This document shows, one piece after another, positions 59,578-64,000 of a stretch of 64,000 nt of DNA; position 1 is the first letter of the stretch; every line of letters begins with the position of its first letter. Origin of the DNA: Nitrospirae bacterium MYbin3 (GTDB lineage: Bacteria; Nitrospirota; Thermodesulfovibrionia; Thermodesulfovibrionales; Dissulfurispiraceae); assembly GCA_002753335.1 (NCBI GenBank), contig PEAD01000002.1, positions 124,001 to 188,000 of the forward strand. Reading direction: 5' to 3'. Position numbers and translations under genes: made by a program. The notes below the pieces were generated by a model. That model saw only the letters and a list, made by a program, of their open reading frames with translations, was not told the DNA's origin and searched no databases.

Positions 59578-60443
59578 GTTTTTTTAAGTTCAGGAAAAAA
59601 AACTAAAAGCTTGTCAAGAAAAACCTCTGGCTCAACCATCCTCTTTTGTTCGTCAAGTATTACATATTTTTTTCCTGAAGGTACTATTGTATATACCGGA
59701 TGCTCTGTAAGGTTAGCGCTCAGGACTTCACATCCTTTTATTCCAACATGCATATTCATTTTTGCAATATTAGGGTTGTCATCCAGCCATGTGTATACCT
59801 CATGCAAATCAAGAGGCATTCCCTTATAGAGAGCATTGTAAATCCTACTTATCATATCAATATCTATAAATTCATCTATAGTCAGTCTGTATTCGGGTCG
59901 GCAAAGGTCAATATCAATCTCTATGCCGCGTGTTTTGAATTTTTCCATATTTTCTTTTATGTAAATTGGCACAGCAGCACCACGATAGTAATTATGAGTC
60001 TCCTGAAGCGCCTCATACGAAATAAGCTCTGAAAGCGTACCCTGAATCATAGTCATATTAGATACATAAATAAGATCAAAACATTCTTTTTTGAACTCCT
60101 CTACAAAACGTGATGCGCTTTCAATATCAAATATCGGGGAGTCACATGTGACGCGGATAACGGCATCAGCTTTTTCACGTTCACAGAGTTTTATGTGCCT
60201 GTCAACAATATCCTGCTCTGCCCCTGCATACCATCCGCAGCCGAACTGTTCAGCTTCATCAATTAGTTTTTTATTTTGGGGATCAACTGAAGTAGCTAAA
60301 AAAACTCCGTCAAGCCCCCTCACATGTTTCATACGCTCCACATGATGAGCGAATATAGACTTGCCTGCCATCTTAATCAAGACCTTGCCCGGTAGCCTGG
60401 TTGAAGCCATTCTTGCAGTAATTACGCCTATCACTTTTCTCAT
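59574..60443 (-). CDS. SpsF-like cytidylyltransferase
   Basis: ARMASTRLPGKV; RVTCDSP; RLTID; start at MRKVIG. Confidence 0.88.
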   Translation of the reverse strand: MRKVIGVITARMASTRLPGKVLIKMAGKSIFAHHVERMKHVRGLDGVFLATSVDPQNKKLIDEAEQFGCGWYAGAEQDIVDRHIKLCEREKADAVIRVTCDSPIFDIESASRFVEEFKKECFDLIYVSNMTMIQGTLSELISYEALQETHNYYRGAAVPIYIKENMEKFKTRGIEIDIDLCRPEYRLTIDEFIDIDMISRIYNALYKGMPLDLHEVYTWLDDNPNIAKMNMHVGIKGCEVLSANLTEHPVYTIVPSGKKYVILDEQKRMVEPEVFLDKLLVFFPELKKT

Positions 60444-61423
60444 ACAACTTTCTCCCATGCTTTGGTTACTGCAGACCGCTCTGCCGCAAGAGCGAGCTTG
60501 AGCACCAGAATCGAGTGCCCGACAGAGTTGAAGGTTTCCTTGCCGGATTTTATACAATCGAGAAAATATCTCACCTCATCAAGATACATCCCGTTATAAC
60601 AAAGATCGATTTTCATGTCATTCCATGCCCATTCCGGCTCAGAAGTTGTAATTGTCCCTATATCGCCACGCACAAAATCCCAGGCAATAGTACCCTCACT
60701 GCAAACGACCTTGCAGTGTCTCGAGTATCCATGCTGAAGATAGTCCATATGAATTGTACATACGCTGCCTGACGCAAACCTTACAATCATCTCAACATGG
60801 TCTTCCGTATCTATTTCAAGAGAAGATATAATGCCTTTGTCGCATATAACCTCAACCGGTTCTCCAAAAAACCAGGCTGCATAGTCAAGTTCATGAATAC
60901 CGTCAAAAATCAGATTTCCTCCCAAACTTTTGAGGGCTTTATAATGGTTCCTGTAGTCCTTCTTATCAAACGGAAGATAAAAACCTGATTCGAGATTAGC
61001 CCAAAGTGGTCTTGAAAACAAGCTGTTTGTTGACAGAGTTTCATGTATAGCAGCTATGGCAGGGTGAAAACGCATATTGCAACCCACCATAGATATAAGA
61101 CTGTTCTTTTCAATCACCTGCACAAGTTTGTCAACCTCATGCATGTTCAATGAAAGAGGTTTTTCTATGAAAAGATGACAACCTGCCTCAGCACATTTCA
61201 TTGCAGGTCTTATATGGTCATTGCTGTAAGTGCATATAAATGCTGCATCAGAGTCCATAATGAGCGCATCTTCAAGGGAGATAAATACTTCCTTTGCGAA
61301 AGGCTCTATTTTTTTGAGATTATCAGCATTTATATCAACAGCAATAACTTCATTGCCTAGGTCTGCGAGATTCTTTAAATGCCTGCTCCCAATGGAACCT
61401 ACACCAACAACAAGAATCTTCAT
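60440..61423 (-). CDS. Gfo/Idh/MocA oxidoreductase
   Basis: GVGSIGSRH; IEKPL; IHELDY. Confidence 0.9.
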   Translation of the reverse strand: MKILVVGVGSIGSRHLKNLADLGNEVIAVDINADNLKKIEPFAKEVFISLEDALIMDSDAAFICTYSNDHIRPAMKCAEAGCHLFIEKPLSLNMHEVDKLVQVIEKNSLISMVGCNMRFHPAIAAIHETLSTNSLFSRPLWANLESGFYLPFDKKDYRNHYKALKSLGGNLIFDGIHELDYAAWFFGEPVEVICDKGIISSLEIDTEDHVEMIVRFASGSVCTIHMDYLQHGYSRHCKVVCSEGTIAWDFVRGDIGTITTSEPEWAWNDMKIDLCYNGMYLDEVRYFLDCIKSGKETFNSVGHSILVLKLALAAERSAVTKAWEKVV

Positions 61424-62964
61424 GCTGATTTATCCTTGCCGCCTATTTGTGACAATGGATATGAGCCAGACTTTTCCATGTCCTGTCTCCTCTTGTAAAA
61501 GCTGGTCAAAAAGTTTTTGTAAAAAAACTTATCGAACGGAGTGCCATAAAACATCTGCTTGTTCCTTATCTTAGCCAATGAGATGAATACATTATTTTTA
61601 ATCCTGTCTATACTCCTGTCAATCTGATGATTGCCGAGTCTGACTGCTGATTCCATATTCAGATAATAGGCAGCACTCTCTGAATACTTGCCGTTTACCT
61701 GCCAGGGCCTTATATATTCGGCTGAAGTATACATATCAATAACACATTTATCCGTCCATTCAACAAAACTCGTAGGCTCTTTCAAGTAACCTTCCTTTAA
61801 CAAATTTTCAGTAAGTTCACATTTTGGATAAGGCCTGAAAGTGCCCACCCCGCACGTAAAGTATGGGTATTTTCTCAGCCTGTTTATAAATGAAATTGTC
61901 TGTTTTATATCATCAATTCCCTCTCCTGGAATTTCCAGTATGAATGATGACCTCGCAATTATTCCGTGGTCGTTACACTTTTTCACCGCATTCTCGGCCT
62001 GTTCAGGCGTTATGCCTTTTTTCATCAGCTTTAACGTATGCGGTGAACCAGATTCAATCCCCAGTGTAAGTTGGATCAATCCAGAACGTTTACACAGGGA
62101 AAGTGTCTCATCGTTCAGCATTGTATCATTGAAGTAATCACACCGGCATTCACCGTCCCATGTAATATTGAGCTTTTTATTGATTATGCCTTCACATATT
62201 TCCCTCACCCGTTTAATGTCCACAAAAAAATTGTCGTCAACAATCTTCAGGTGCGTTATATTATATTTCCCCACAATATGTTCTATCTCTGCAATAACCT
62301 TCCCCGCACTTTTTTTACGGTATCGTGTGTTATCTGATACCACATTTATGCAAAAAGTGCAGTGTGACGGACATCCCCTGCTGCTTTCATAAGGAAGCCA
62401 GCGCATCGGCTGCCTGACATATTCAGACAATTTATCCGTAAGATAATTGCCGATAAAACGTTCTATCATCGGGTCTAGGTTATAGTCCGTCAGTGGCAAG
62501 GCTTCGATATCAGCTATTGCCTTGCTATATATTCTTTTATCCGGAAGTTCACCTGCATAAAGCTTTTCTGCAATGTTAACGATATGCTCTTCTCCCTCGC
62601 CAGCCACAACAAAATCCACATATTCAGATGCTGCCATCTGTTCAGGAAATAGTGTGCAATGCCAACCCCCGACAACAACAGGCACTTGGGACTGCTTTTT
62701 TATATGCTTCATAATACGATATGCATCCGGCGCTTCCGATGTAAGCAGGGCGATCCCTGCAAACAAAGCTCCTTTGACTTTATCGCTGATCGTCTGCAAA
62801 TGATCCTTTTCAAAAGCTGTGTTTATTATTTCAACATCATAACCGGCTTTCCTGAGGGCACTGCCAATACTTATGAGGTTTAAAGGCGGATAGTTGTTGT
62901 AATTATAGACATTCTGAGGTCTTATAAGTAATATTTTATTTGAAGAGACCTTTGAATTTTTCAT
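61420..62964 (-). CDS. B12-binding radical SAM protein
   Basis: YPPLNL; GGWH; RGCPSHCTFC; GIESGS. Confidence 0.92.
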   Translation of the reverse strand: MKNSKVSSNKILLIRPQNVYNYNNYPPLNLISIGSALRKAGYDVEIINTAFEKDHLQTISDKVKGALFAGIALLTSEAPDAYRIMKHIKKQSQVPVVVGGWHCTLFPEQMAASEYVDFVVAGEGEEHIVNIAEKLYAGELPDKRIYSKAIADIEALPLTDYNLDPMIERFIGNYLTDKLSEYVRQPMRWLPYESSRGCPSHCTFCINVVSDNTRYRKKSAGKVIAEIEHIVGKYNITHLKIVDDNFFVDIKRVREICEGIINKKLNITWDGECRCDYFNDTMLNDETLSLCKRSGLIQLTLGIESGSPHTLKLMKKGITPEQAENAVKKCNDHGIIARSSFILEIPGEGIDDIKQTISFINRLRKYPYFTCGVGTFRPYPKCELTENLLKEGYLKEPTSFVEWTDKCVIDMYTSAEYIRPWQVNGKYSESAAYYLNMESAVRLGNHQIDRSIDRIKNNVFISLAKIRNKQMFYGTPFDKFFYKNFLTSFYKRRQDMEKSGSYPLSQIGGKDKSA

Positions 62965-63084
62965 ATTTTTTTGTATTTTATTTTTTCCTGTTTATTTTTA
63001 AATCAGTCGTATTTTAAGCAATTAGCTTTTATTCCTTTTTTCAGTTTCATAAATATCCTCAATAATGGGGTGTGAAAGGGTCTC
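62945..63084. mobile_element. MITE-like element, copy A (140 bp) with GAGACC terminal inverted repeats
   Basis: GAGACCTTTGAA at 62945 and TGAAAGGGTCTC ending at 63084; T-rich interior. Confidence 0.5.
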
Positions 63085-63091
63085 TCCTATT

Positions 63092-64000
63092 CTATTGCAA
63101 GATTCGCTTGATACTATCAATAACAAAATTCTGACTATCATCAGTTAATCCAAAGTATATAGGAATACTTATGGCTTCTTGATAATACCTCTCAGCTTCT
63201 GGAAAATCACCATACTTGAACCCTAAATTACGATAATAAGGATGAATATGCACCGGTATGTAATGTAGATTTACGCCAATCCCGGCACCACGAAGCTCTT
63301 CAAACACCATTCTATGCGTCTTACTAGTTTTGTAAGTCTTAAGACGGATTACGTACAAATGGAGCGCAGAATAAGTATCAGGATTCTGCCACGGCAGCAC
63401 AATGGGCAATTCCTTCAGGCCGTCATTATAACGCCGAGCAATTAGATGACGACGTTTTACGAAATCATCAAGACGACCCATTTGACTTGCCCCTAAGGCA
63501 GCTTGCATATCATTCATCCGGTAATTAAAACCGAGATCTATTTGTTGGTAATACCAGGGACCGTGGGACTCGCCCTGCATCACTTGAGGATTGCGGGTTA
63601 TGCCATGTGAGCGCAAACGTATCAGCTTTTCGTACAAGTCTTCTCTGTTTGTCAGCACAACTCCGCCTTCTCCGGTAGTAATGATCTTAACCGGATGAAA
63701 GCTGAATACCGTCATATCGGAAAATGCGCAATTACCGATTATATGTTCATGATAACGCCCTCCAATTGCATGGGAGGCATCTTCAACAACACTAAAGCCA
63801 TAGCGTTTTGCAAGGTTATGGATTCTCATCATATCGCACGACTGTCCTGCAAAGTGAACAGGGACAACAATCTTTGGAAGCCTTCCTTTTTGCTCCGCGT
63901 CCCTTAGCTTTTGTTCAAGTATATTTGTATCCAGATTATATGTACGCGGATCGATATCAACAAAGTCTATTTTAGCGCCGCAATAAAGCCCGCAATTGGC
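63092..64000 (-). CDS. pseC: UDP-4-amino-4,6-dideoxy-N-acetyl-beta-L-altrosamine transaminase (5' end outside the window)
   Basis: EDASHAIG; SFHPVKIITTGEGG; LRSHGITR; WYYQQIDLGFNYRM; the frame stays open to the window edge. Confidence 0.9.
   Translation of the reverse strand, partial: ANCGLYCGAKIDFVDIDPRTYNLDTNILEQKLRDAEQKGRLPKIVVPVHFAGQSCDMMRIHNLAKRYGFSVVEDASHAIGGRYHEHIIGNCAFSDMTVFSFHPVKIITTGEGGVVLTNREDLYEKLIRLRSHGITRNPQVMQGESHGPWYYQQIDLGFNYRMNDMQAALGASQMGRLDDFVKRRHLIARRYNDGLKELPIVLPWQNPDTYSALHLYVIRLKTYKTSKTHRMVFEELRGAGIGVNLHYIPVHIHPYYRNLGFKYGDFPEAERYYQEAISIPIYFGLTDDSQNFVIDSIKRILQ

Noticed and set aside
63003..63050. 15-codon ORF upstream of a radical SAM gene as a RiPP precursor
   Set aside because: It lies within the low-complexity MITE-like segment; the enzyme has no RRE/SPASM features and sits in a glycan context

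Overview
Bacterial chromosomal window from a Gram-negative-type organism; the gene style suggests Nitrospirota or Desulfobacterota (inference only). It has four zones. (1) 1-7.4 kb: a pair of paralogous prepilin-type genes, one a 1245-aa lectin/Kelch adhesin, set among toxin-antitoxin genes and remnants, with an orphan attC-like site and a duplicated promoter. (2) 7.4-15 kb: housekeeping genes, namely an L,D-transpeptidase facing an Lpp-like lipoprotein, tRNA-Val/Asp/Ser, a three-gene outer-membrane operon, an acyl-CoA synthetase/ACP/acyltransferase fusion and tRNA-Met. The first gene of the outer-membrane operon has two tandem in-frame TGA codons directly after its signal peptide, followed by a SECIS-like hairpin, so it is a candidate UU selenoprotein that the ORF track truncates. 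(3) 15.0-21.3 kb: a Tn7-like element inserted immediately 3' of tRNA-Met, with a TGT end, three TnsB-type sites, an XRE regulator, two TniQ/TnsD genes and a TnsA-TnsB fusion cut off by an IS3 element. (4) 21.3-64 kb: a long minus-strand surface-glycan cluster with pseC/pseI, wbpBDE, wzx, a wzy candidate, GT2/GT-C modules, 3 B12-radical SAM enzymes, 8 SAM methyltransferases, a nonsense-split wecE, and two degenerate copies of a ~135-bp MITE-like element. No CRISPR array was seen. All calls come from motif recognition by eye; no database searches were run.
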